Source: Eledone cirrhosa (taxonomy: Eukaryota). Taken from it: 64,000 nt of DNA. Shown here one piece after another: positions 10,891-23,699 of this stretch (position 1 is its first letter; each line of letters begins with the position of its first letter). The notes under the pieces were generated by a model. The model was given only the letters and a program-made list of their open reading frames with translations, searched no databases and was not told the DNA's origin. Location of the stretch: contig OZ024742.1 in assembly GCA_964016885.1 (NCBI GenBank), positions 162,626,001 through 162,690,000 of the forward strand, in the 5' to 3' direction. The translations under genes and the position numbers were made by a program.

Positions 10891-12029
10891 TGAATTTTTG
10901 GAATTTTAGGAATTTTGAGGAATTTTAGGTATTTAAGGAATTTTTTTAATTTTTTTAATTTTAGGAATTTTAGGGATTTCTATGAATTTTAGGAATTTTA
11001 GGAATTTTAGGAATTTTAAGAATTTTAGGAATTTTATGAATTTTATGAATTTTTGGAATTTTAGGAATTTTAGGAATTTTCAGGAATTTTTTTGAATTTT
11101 CGGAATTTTATGTATTTTTAGGAATTTTAGGAATTTTATGAATTTTACAATTTTACGAATATTAATTTTAGGAATTTTATAAATTTTATGAATTTTAGGA
11201 ATTATAGGAATTTTATGAATTTTATAAATTTTATGAATTTTATGAATTTTAGGAATTTATGAATTTTAGGAATTTTCAGGAATTTTTTTGAATTTTCGGA
11301 ATTTTATGTATTTTTAGGAATTTTAGGAATTTTAGGAATTTTAGGAATTTTAGGAATTTTTCCGAATTTTCGTAATTTTATGAATTTTTAGGAATTTTAG
11401 GAATTTTACAATTTTACGAATTTTAGTAATTTTAGGAATTTTAGGAATTTTATGAATTTAGGAATTTTAGGAATTTTAGGAATTTAAGGAATTTTAGTAA
11501 TTTTAGGAATTTTAAGAATTTTAGGAATTTTAGGAATTTTACTAATTTTAGGAATTTTAGGAATTTTATGAATGTTATTAATTTTATGAATTTTATGAAT
11601 TTTAGGAATTTTAGGATTTTTATGAATTTTTGGAATTTTAGGAATTTTAGGAATTTTATGAATTTTATGAATTTTATGAATTTTATGAATTTTTCGAATT
11701 TTAGAAATGTAAGGAATTTTAGGAATTTTAGGAATTTTAGGAATTTTAGGAATTTTAGGAATTTTATGAATTTTAGTAATTTTAGGAATTTTAAGGATTT
11801 TAGGAATTTTAGGAATTTTTTGGAATTTTTGGAATTTTCGGAATTTTAGGAATTTTAGGAATTTTAGGAATTTTAAGAATTTTAGGAATTTTAGGAATTT
11901 TTATGTATTTTAGGAATTATAGGAATTTTATGAATTTTATAAATTTTATGAATTTTATGAATTTTAGGAATTTAGGAATTTTAGGAATTTTCAGGAATTT
12001 TTTTGAATTTTCGGAATTTTATGTATTTT

Positions 12030-12820
12030 TAGGAATTTTAGGAATTTTCGGAATTTTAGGAATTTTAGGAATTTTTCCGAATTTTCGTAATTTTATGAAT
12101 TTTTATGAATTTTAGGAATTTTATGAATTTTATGAATTTTACAATTTTACGAATTTTAATTTTAGGAATTTTATAAATTTTATGAATTTTATGAATTTTC
12201 GGAATTTTATGAATTTTAGGAATTTTAGGAATTTTAGGAATTTCTATGAATTTTAGGAATTTTAAGAATTTTTTTGAATTTTTTGAATTTTATGAATTTT
12301 TAGGAATTTTCTGAATTTTATGAATTATATAAATTTTAGGAATTTTAGGAATCTTAGGAATTTTAGGAATTTTTGGAATTTTAGGAATTTTGAGGAATTT
12401 TTTTGAATTTTCGGAATTTTATGTATTTTTAGGAATTTTAGGAATTTTAGGAATTTTAGGAATTTTTCCGAATTTTCGTAATTTTATGAATTTTTATGAA
12501 TTTTAGGAATTTTATGAATTTTATGAATTTTACAATTTTACGAATTTTAATTTTAGGAATTTTATAAATTTTATGAATTTTATGAATTTTCGGAATTTTA
12601 TGAATTTTAGGAATTTTAGGAATTTTAGGAATTTCTATGAATTTTAGGAATTTTAAGAATTTTTTTGAATTTTTTGAATTTTATGAATTTTTAGGAATTT
12701 TCTGAATTTTATGAATTATATAAATTTTAGGAATTTTAGGAATCTTAGGAATTTTAGGAATTTTTGGAATTTCAGGAATTTTGAGGAATTTTTTTGAATT
12801 TTCGGAATTTTATGTATTTT
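12030..12820 (+). repeat. 391-bp tandem duplication in the 9-bp satellite
   Basis: ATTTTTCCGA at 12071/12462; TTTCTATGA at 12241/12632. Confidence 0.8.
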
Positions 12821-13228
12821 TAGGAATTTTAGGAATTTTAGGAATTTTAGGAATTTTAGGAATTTTTGGAATTTTAGGAATTTTATGAATTTTAAGAATT
12901 TTATGAATTTTTATGAATTTTAGGAATTTTATGAATTTTATGAATTTTACAATTTTACGAATTTTAATTTTAGGAATTTTATAAATTTTATGAATTTTAT
13001 GAATTTTCGGAATATTATGTATTTTTAGGAATTTTAGGAATTTTAGGAATTTTATAAATATTAGGAATTTTAGGAATATTAAGAATTTTAGGAATTTTAG
13101 GAATATTTAGGAATTGTAGTAATTTTAGGAATTTTATGAATGTTATGAATTTTATGAATTTTAGGAATTTTAGGAATTTTAGGAATTTTAGGATTTTTAT
13201 GAATTTTTGGAATTTTATGAATGTTAGG

Positions 13229-16200
13229 ACTTTTAGGAATTTTTGGAATTTTATGAATTTTATGAATTTTAGAAATGTTATGAAATTTAGGAATTTTAGG
13301 AATTTTGGGAATTTTGGGAATTTTATGAATTTTTATGAATTTTATGAATTTTGGAATTTTAGGAATTTTGAGGAATTTTTTTGAATTTTCGGAATTTTAT
13401 GTATTTTTAGGAATTTTATGAATTTTATGAATTTTATGAATTTTAGGAATTTTAGGAATTTTATGAATTATATGAATTTTTGGAATTTTAGGAATTTTGA
13501 AGAATTTTTTTGAATTTTCGGAATTTTATGTATTTTTAGGAATTTTAGGAATTTTAGGAATTTTAGGAATTTTTCCGAATTTTCGTAATTTTATGAATTT
13601 TTAGGAATTTTAGGAATTTTATGAATTTTAGGAATTTTACAATTTTACGAATATTAGTAATTTTAGGAATTTTAGGAATTTTATGAATTTAGGAATTTTA
13701 GGAATTTTAGGAATTTTAGGAATTTTAGTAATTTTAGGAATTTTAATAATTTTAGGAATTTTAGGAATTTTTGGGAATTTTCGGAATTTTATGAATTTTT
13801 AGGAATTTTAGGAATTTTAGGAATTTTATGAATGTTATTAATTTTATGAATTTTAGGAATTTTAGGAATTTTAGGAATTTTATGAATTTTATGAATTTTA
13901 CGAATTTTAGAAATGTTATGAATTTTAGGAATTTTACGAATTTTAGGAATTTTAGGAATTTTAGGAATTTTTTTGAATTTTTTGAATTTTATGAATTTTT
14001 AGGATTTTTCTGAATTATATAAATTTTAGGAATTTTAGGAATCTTAGGAATTTTATGAATTTTATGAATTTTAGGAATTTTAGGAATTTTAAGGATTTTA
14101 GGAATTTTAGGAATTTTTTGGAATTTTTGGAATTTTCGGAATTTTCGGAATTTTTAGGAATTTTAGGAATTTTATGAATTTTAGGAATTTTAGGAATTTT
14201 AGGATTTTTATGAAGTTTTGGAATTTTGGAATATTAGGAATTTTTGGAATTTTGGGAATTTTAGGAATTTTAGGAATATTAGGAATTTTGGAATTTTAGG
14301 AATTTTATGAATTTTATGAATTTTAGGAATTTAGGAATTTTAGGAATTTTCAGGAATTTTTTTGAATTTTCGGAATTTTATGTATTTTTAGGAATTTTAG
14401 GAATTTTATGAATTTTATGAATTTTACAATTTTACGAATTTTAATTTAAGGAATTTTATAAATTTTATGAATTTTATGAATTTTTATGAATTTTATGAAT
14501 TTTGGAATTTTAGGAATTTTGAGGAATTTTTTTGAATTTTCGGAATTTTATGTATTTTTAGGAATTTTATGAATTTTATGAATTTTATGAATTTTAGGAA
14601 TTTTAGGAATTTTATGAATTATATGAATTTTTGGAATTTTAGGAATTTTGAAGAATTTTTTTGAATTTTCGGAATTTTATGTATTTTTAGGAATTTTAGG
14701 AATTTTAGGAATTTTAGGAATTTTTCCGAATTTTCGTAATTTTATGAATTTTTAGGAATTTTAGGAATTTTATGAATTTTAGGAATTTTACAATTTTACG
14801 AATATTAGTAATTTTAGGAATTTTAGGAATTTTATGAATTTAGGAATTTTAGGAATTTTAGGAATTTTAGGAATTTTAGTAATTTTAGGAATTTTAATAA
14901 TTTTAGGAATTTTAGGAATTTTTGGGAATTTTCGGAATTTTATGAATTTTTAGGAATTTTAGGAATTTTAGGAATTTTATGAATGTTATTAATTTTATGA
15001 ATTTTAGGAATTTTAGGAATTTTAGGAATTTTATGAATTTTATGAATTTTACGAATTTTAGAAATGTTATGAATTTTAGGAATTTTACGAATTTTAGGAA
15101 TTTTAGGAATTTTAGGAATTTTTTTGAATTTTTTGAATTTTATGAATTTTTAGGATTTTTCTGAATTATATAAATTTTAGGAATTTTAGGAATCTTAGGA
15201 ATTTTATGAATTTTATGAATTTTAGGAATTTTAGGAATTTTAAGGATTTTAGGAATTTTAGGAATTTTTTGGAATTTTTGGAATTTTCGGAATTTTCGGA
15301 ATTTTTAGGAATTTTAGGAATTTTATGAATTTTAGGAATTTTAGGAATTTTAGGATTTTTATGAAGTTTTGGAATTTTGGAATATTAGGAATTTTTGGAA
15401 TTTTGGGAATTTTAGGAATTTTAGGAATATTAGGAATTTTGGAATTTTAGGAATTTTATGAATTTTATGAATTTTAGGAATTTAGGAATTTTAGGAATTT
15501 TCAGGAATTTTTTTGAATTTTCGGAATTTTATGTATTTTTAGGAATTTTAGGAATTTTATGAATTTTATGAATTTTACAATTTTACGAATTTTAATTTAA
15601 GGAATTTTATAAATTTTATGAATTTTATGAATTTTATGAATTTTAGCAATTTTAGGAATTTAGGAATTTTAGGAATTTCTATGAATTTTAGGAATTTTAA
15701 GAATGTTTTTGAATTTTTTGAATTTTATGAATTTTTAGGAATTTTCTGAATTTTATGAATTATATAAATTTTAGGAATTTTAGGAATCTTAGGAATTTTA
15801 GGAATTTTATGAATTTTAGTAATTTTAGGAATTTTTTGGAATTTTTGGAATTTTCGGAATTTTCGGAATTTTAAGGAATTTTAGGAATTTTATGAATTTT
15901 ATGAATTTTATGAATTTTAGTAATTTTAGGAATTTTTTGAAATTTTTGGAATTTTCGGAATTTTCGGAATTTTAAGGAATTTTAGGAATTTTATGAATTT
16001 TATGAATTTTATGAACTTTATGAATTTTAGGATTTTTATGAATTTTTGGAATTTTAGGAATTTTAGGAATTTTTTAAATTTTAGGAATTTTAGGAATTTT
16101 AGGAATTTTTATGTATTTTAGGAATTTTAGCAAGTTTATGAATTCTATGAATTTTAGGAATTTTATGAATTTTATGAATTTTAGGAATTTTAGGAATTTT

Positions 16201-18260
16201 AGGAATTTTTGGAATTTTAGGAATTTTAGGAATTTTAAGAATTTTAGGTATTTCGAGGAATTTTTTTGAATTTTCGGAATTTTATGTATTTTTAGGAATT
16301 TTAGGAATTTTAGGAATTTTAGGAATTTTATGAATTTTGGTAATTTTAGGAATTTTAAGAATTTTAGGAATTTTAGGCATTTTTTGGAATTTTATGAATT
16401 TTAGGAATTTTTAGGAATTTTCTGAATTTTCTGAATTATATAAATTTTAGGAATTTTAGGAATCTTAGGAATTTTAGGAATTTTAGGAATTTTAGGAATT
16501 TTATGAATTTTATGAATTTTTAGAATTTTAGGAATTTTAGGAATTTTAGGAATTTTTTGGAATATTCGGAATTTTATGAATTTTTAGGTATTTTAGGAAT
16601 TTGATGAATTTTTATGAATTTTATGAATTTTGGAATTTTAGGAATTTTGAGGAATTTTTTTGAATTTTCGGAATTTTATGTATTTTTAGGAATTTTAGGA
16701 ATTTTAGGAATTTTAGGAATTTTAGGAATTTTTGGAATTTTAGGAATTTTAGGAATTTTATGAATTTTAAGAATTTTAGGAATTTTGAGGGAATTTTTTT
16801 GAATTTTCGGAATTTTATGTATTTTTAGGAATTTTAGGAATTTTAGGAATTTTATAAATATTAGGAATTTTAGGAATATTAAGAATTTTAGGAATTTTAG
16901 GAATTTTTAGGAATTTTAAAAATTTTAGGAATTTTATGAATGTTATGAATTTTATGAATTTTATGAATTTTATGAATTTTACGATTTTTATGAATTTTTG
17001 GAATTTTATGAATGTTAGGAATTTTAGGAATTTTTGGAATTTTAGGAATTTTATGAATTTTAGAAATGTTATGAATTTTATGAATTTTAGGAATTTTAGG
17101 AATTTTTGGAATTTTAGGAATTTTATGAATTTTGGTAATTTTAGGAATTTTAAGAATTTTAGGAATTTCGAGGAATTTTTTTGAATTTTCGGAATTTTAT
17201 GTATTTTTAGGAATTTTAGGAATTTTAGGAATTTTAGGAATTTTAGGAATTTTATGAATTTTGGTAATTTTAGGAATTTTAAGAATTTTAGGAATTTTAG
17301 GAATTTTTGGGAATTTTAGGAATTTTAGGAATTTTTAGGAATTTTATGAATTTTAGGAATTTTATGAATGTTATGAATTTTATGAATTTTATGAATTTTA
17401 GGAATTTTAGGATTTTTATGAATTTTTGGATCTTTAGGAATTTTAGGAATTTTAGGAATATTTGGAATTTATGAATTTTATGAATTTTATGAATTTTAGA
17501 AATTTTATGAATTTTAGGAATTTCAGGAATTTGAGGAATTTTAGGAATTTTAAGAATTTTATGAATTTTAGGAATATTTTTGAATTTTTTGAATTTTATG
17601 AATTTTTAGGAATTTTCTGAATTTTCTGAATTATATAAATTTTAGGAATTTTAGGAATCTTAGGAATTTTAGGAATTTTAGGAATTTTATGAATTTTATG
17701 AATTTTTAGGTATTTTAGGAATTTTATGAATTTTTATGAATTTTATGAATTTTGGAATTTTAGGAATTTTGAGGAATTTTTTTGAATTTTCGGAATTTTA
17801 TGTATTTTTAGGAATTTTAGGAATTTAGGAATTTTAGAAATTTTAGGAATTTTTGGAATTTTAGGAATTTTATGAATTTTAAGAATTTTAGGAATTTTGA
17901 GGGAATTTTTTTGAATTTTCGGAATTTTATGTATTTTTAGGAATTTTAGGAATGTTAGGAATTTTATAAATATTAGGAATTTTAGGAATATTAAGAATTT
18001 TAGGAATTTTAGGAATTTTTAGGAATTTTAGGAATTTTAGGAATTTTATGAATGTTATGAATTTTATGAATTTTAGGAATTTTATGAATTTTATGAATTT
18101 TAGGATTTTTATGAATTTTTGGAATTTTATGAATGTTAGGAATTTTAGGAATTTTAGGAATTTTTGGAATTTTATGAATTTTATGAATTTTAGAAATGTT
18201 ATGAAATTTAGGAATTTTAGGAATTTTTTGAATTTTAGGAATTTTAGGAATTTTAGGAAT
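13229..18260 (+). repeat. Paralogous copy of 1-3910 (plus the 1151-bp duplication)
   Basis: Offset 13228 at ACTTTTAGG (1/13229), GAAGAATTTT (271/13499) and GAATATTAGT (421/13649). Offset 14350 at AATGTTAGGAATTTTATAAA (3601/17951) and TAGAAATGTT (3841/18191). Rare variants AGGTATTTCGAGG, AGGCATTTTTTGG, TTTGATGAA and TTTAAAAATTTT are shared in the same order. Confidence 0.9.
13319..15620 (+). repeat. 1151-bp near-perfect tandem duplication
   Basis: GAAGAATTTT at 13499/14650; GAAGTTTTGG at 14212/15363; identical translated ORFs at 13828 and 14979. Confidence 0.9.
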
Positions 18261-21200
18261 TTTTATGTATTTGAGGAATTTTATGAATTTTATGAATTTT
18301 ATTAATTTTAGTAATTTTAGGAATTTTATGAATTATATGAATTTTTGGAATTTTAGGAATTTTGAGGAATTTTTTTGAATTTTCGGAATTTTATGTATTT
18401 TTAGGAATTTTAGGAATTTTAGGAATTTTAGGAATTTTAGGAATTTTTCCGAATTTTCGTAATTTTATGAATTTTTAGGAATTTTAGGAATTTTAGGAAT
18501 TTTAGGAATTTTAGGAATTTTAGTAATATTAGGAATTTTAAGAATTTTAGGAATTTTAGGAATTTTTTGGAATTTTCGGAATTTTATGAATATTTAGGAA
18601 TTTTAGGAATTTTAGGAATTTTAGGAATTTCATGAATGTTATGAATTTTATGAATTTTATGAATTTTAGGAATTTTATGAATTTTAGGATTTTTATGAAT
18701 TTTTGGAATTTTATGAATGTTAGGAATTTTAGGAATTTTTGGAATTTTATGAATTTTATGAATTTTACAAATGTTATGAAATTTAGGAATTTTAGGAATT
18801 TTTGGAATTTTGGGAATTTTAGGAATTTTAGGAATTTTAGGAATTTTGGAATTTTAGGAATTTTAGGAATTTTTTGAATTTTAGGAATTTTAGGAATTTT
18901 AGGAATTTTTATGTATTTGAGGAATTTTATGAATTTTATGAATTTTATGAATTTTATGAATTTTATGAATTTTATGAATTTTATGAATTTTATGAATTTT
19001 ATGAATTTTATGAATTTTATGAATTTTTGGAATTTTCGGAATTTTAGGAATTTTATGAATTTTATGAATTTTTGGAATTTTAGGAATTTTGAGGAATTTT
19101 TTTGAATTTTCGGAATTTTATGTATTTTTAGGAATTTTATGAATTTTAGGAATTTTAGGAATTTTAGGAATTTTGGGAATTTTAGGAATTTTATGAATTT
19201 TAAGAATTTTAGGAATTTTGAGGGAATTTTTTTGAATTTTCGGAATTTTATGTATTTTTAGGAATTTTAGGAATTTTAGGAATTTTATAAATATTAGGAA
19301 TTTTAGGAATATTAAGAATTTTAGGAATTTTAGGAATTTTTAGGAATTTTAAAAATTTTAGGAATTTTATGAATGTTATGAATTTTATGAATTTTATGAA
19401 TTTTAGGAATTTTATGAATTTTAGGATTTTTAGGAATTTTTTGAATTTTAGGAATTTTAGGAATTTTAGGAATTTTTATGTATTTGAGGAATTTTATGAA
19501 TTTTATGAATTTTATGAATTTTAGTAATTTTAGGAATTTTATGAATTATATGAATTTTTGGAATTTTAGGAATTTTGAGGAATTTTTTTGAATTTTCGGA
19601 ATTTTATGTATTTTTAGGAATTTTAGGAATTTTAGGAATTTTAGGAATTTTAGGAATTTTAGGAATTTTACAATTTTACGAATTTTAGTAATTTTAGGAA
19701 TTTTAGGAATTTTTATGTATTTGAGGAATTTTATGAATTTAGGAATTTTAGGAATTTTAGGAATTTTAGGAATTTTAGGAATTTTAGGAATTTTAAGAAT
19801 TTTAGGAATTTTAGGAATTTTTTGGAATTTTCGGAATTTTCTGAATTTTTAGGAATTTTAGGAATTTTAGGAATTTTAGGAATTTTATGAATGTTATGAA
19901 TTTTATGAATTTTAGGAATTTTATGAATTTTAGGATTTTTATGAATTTTTGGAATTTTATGAATGTTAGGAATTTTATGAATTTTTGGAATTTTATGAAT
20001 CTTATGAATTTTAGAAATGTTATGAAATTTCGGAATTTTAGGAATTTTTGGAATTTTGGGAATTTTAGGAATTTTAGGAATTTTAGGAATTTTATGAATG
20101 TTATGAATTTTATGAATTTTATGAATTTTAGGAATTTTATGAATTTTAAGATTTTTATGAATTTTTGGAATTTTATGAATGTTAGGAATTTTATGAATTT
20201 TTGGAATTTTATGAATTTTATGAATTTTAGAAATGTTATGAAATTTATGAAATTTATGAATTTTTGGAATTTTGGGAATTTTAGGAATTTTAGGAATTTT
20301 AGGAATTTTGGAATTTTAGGAATTTTAGGAATTTTTTGAATTTTAGGAATTTTAGGAATTTTAGGAATTATATGAATTTTTGGAATTTTCGGAATTTTAT
20401 GTATTTTTAGTAATTTTAGGAATTTTAGGAATTTTACGAATTTTAGGAATTTTTCCGAATTTTCGTAATTTTATGAATTTTTAGGAATTTTAGGAATTAT
20501 AGGAATCTTAGGAATTTTACAATTTTTAGGAATTTTAGGAATTTTATGAATTTAGGAATTTTAGGAATTTTAGGAATTTTAGGAATTTTAGTAATTTTAG
20601 TAATTTTAGGAATTTTAAGAATTTTAGGAATTTTAGGAATTTTTTGGAATTTTCGGAATTTTATGAATTTTTAGGAATTTTAGGAATTTTAGGAATTTTA
20701 TGAATGTTATTAATTTTATGAATTTTATGAATTTTACGAATTTTAGAAATGTTATGAATTTTAGGAATTTTAGGAATTTTAGGAATTTTAGGAATTTTAA
20801 GAATTTTAGGAATTTTAGGAATTTTTTTGAATTTTTTGAATTTTATGAATTTTTAGGAATAATCTGAATTATATCAATTTTAGGAATTTTAGGAATTTTA
20901 TAAATTTTATGAATTTTATGAATTTTAGTAATTTTAGGAATTTTAAGGATTTTAGGAATTTTAGGAATTTTAGGAATTTTTAGGAATTTTAGGAATTTTA
21001 TGAATTTTATGAATTTTATGAATTTTAGGAATTTTAGGATTTATATGAATTTTTGGAATTTTGGAATGTTAGGAATTTTTGGAATTTTGGGAATTTTAGG
21101 AATTTCAGGAATATTAGGAATTTTGGAATTTTAGGAATTTTAGGAATTTTAGGAATTTTTTGAATTTTATGAATTTTAGGAATTTTAGGCATTTTTATGT

Positions 21201-23699
21201 ATTTTAGGAATTTTAGGAATTTTATGAATTTTATGAATTTTATGAATTTTATGAATTTTAGGAATTTAGGAATTTTAGGAATTTTCAGGAATTTTTTTGA
21301 ATTTTCGGAATTTTATGTATTTTTAGGAATTTTAGGAATTTTAGGAATTTTAGGAATTTTAGGAATTTTTCCGAATTTTCGTAATTTTATGAATTTTTAT
21401 GAATTTTAGGAATTTTATGAATTTTATGAATTTTACAATTTTACGAATTTTAATTTTAGGAATTTTATAAATTTTATGAATTTTAGGAATTTTAGGAATT
21501 TTATGAATTTTAGGAATTTAGGAATTTTAGGAGTTTTAGGAATTTTAGGAATTTTAGGAATTTAAGGAATTTTTTGAATTTTAGGAATTTTAGGAATTTC
21601 TATGAATTTTAGGAATTTTAAGAATTTTTTTGAATTTTTTGAATTTTATGAATTTTTAGGAATTTTCTGAATTTTATGAATTATATAAATTTTAGGAATT
21701 TTAGGAATTTTATGAATTTTAGTAATTTTAGGAATTTTTTGGAATTTTTGGAATTTTCGGAATTTTAGGAATTTTAAGGAATTTTAGGAATTTTATGAAT
21801 TTTAGGAATTTAGGAATTTTAGGAACTTTAGGTATTTAAGGAATTTTTTAATTTTAGGAATTTTAGGAATTTTAGGGATTTCTATGAATTTTAGGAATTT
21901 TAGGAATTTTAGGAATTTTAAGAATTTTAGGAATTTTATGAATTTTATGAATTTTTGGAATTTTAGGAATTTTAGGAATTTTTGGAATTTTTGGAATTTT
22001 ATGAATTTTAAGAATTTTAAGAATTTTAGGAATTTTAGAAATGTTATGAAATTTAGGAATTTTAGGAATTTTTGGAATTTTGGGAATTTTAGGAATTTTA
22101 GGAATTTTAGGAATTTTATGAATGTTATGAATTTTATGAATTTTATGACTTTTAGGAATTTTATGAATTTTAGGATTTTTATGAATTTTTGGAATTTTAT
22201 GAATTTTATGAATTTTAGAAATGTTATGAAATTTATGAATTTTAGGAATTTTTGGAATTTTGGGAATTTTAGGAATTTTAGGAATTTTAGGAATTTTGGA
22301 ATTTTAGGAATTTTAGGAATTTTTTGAATTTTAGGAATTTTAGGAATTTTAGGAATTTTTATGTATTTGAGGAATTTTATGAATTTTATGAATTTTATGA
22401 ATTTTAGGAATTTTATGAATTATATGAATTTTTGGAATTTTAGGAATTTTATGTATTTTTAGTAATTTTAGGAATTTTAGGAATTTTACGAATTTTAGGA
22501 ATTTTTCCGAATTTTCGTAATTTTATGAATTTTTAGGAATTTTAGGAATTATAGGAATCTTAGGAATTTTACAATTTTGCGAATTTTAGTAATTTTAGGA
22601 ATTTTAGGAATTTAGGAATTTTAGGCATTTTAGGAATTTTATGAATTTTAGTAATTTTAGTAATTTTAGGAATTTTAAGAATTTTAGGAATTTTAGGAAT
22701 TTTTTGGAATTTTCGGAATTTTATGAATTTTTAGGAATTTTAGGAATTTTAGGAATTTTATGAATGTTATTAATTTTATGAATTTTATGAATTTTACGAA
22801 TTTTAGAAATGTTATGAATTTTAGGAATTTTAGGAATTTTAGGAATTTTAGGAATTTTAGGAATTTTAGGAATTTTAAGGATTTTAGGAATTTTAGGAAT
22901 TTTTTGGAATTTTTGGAATTTTAGGAATTTTAGGAATTTTTAGGAATTTTAGGAATATTATGAATTTTATGAATTTTATAAATTTTAGGAGTTTTAGGAT
23001 TTATATGAATTTTTGGAATTTTGGAATGTTAGGAATTTTTGGAATTTTGGGAATTTTAGGAATTTCAGGAATATTAGGAATTTTGGAATTTTAGGAATTT
23101 TAGGAATTTTAGGAATTTTTTGAATTTTATGAATTTTAGGAATTTTAGGCATTTTTATGTATTTTAGGAATTTTAGGAATTTTATGAATTTTATGAATTT
23201 TATGAATTTAGGAATTTTAGGAATTTTCAGGAATTTTTTTGAATTTTCGGAATTTTATGTATTTTTAGGAATTTTAGGAATTTTAGGAATTTTAGGAATT
23301 TTAGGAATTTTTCCGAATTTTCGTAATTTTATGAATTTTTATGAATTTTATGAATTTTATGAATTTTATGAATTTTACAATTTTACGAATTTTAATTTTA
23401 GGAAATTTATAAATTTTATGAATTTTATGAATTTTAGGAATTTTATGAATTTTAGGAATTTAGGAATTTTAGGAATTTTAGGAATTTTAGGAATTTAAGG
23501 AATTTTTTGAATTTTAGGAATTTTAGGAATTTCTATGAATTTTAGGAATTTTAAGAATTTTTTTGAATTTTTTGAATTTTATGAATTTTTAGGAATTTTC
23601 TGAATTTTATGAATTATATAAATTTTAGGAATTTTAGGAATTTTATGAATTTTAGTAATTTTAGGAATTTTTTGGAATTTTTGGAATTTTCGGAATTTT

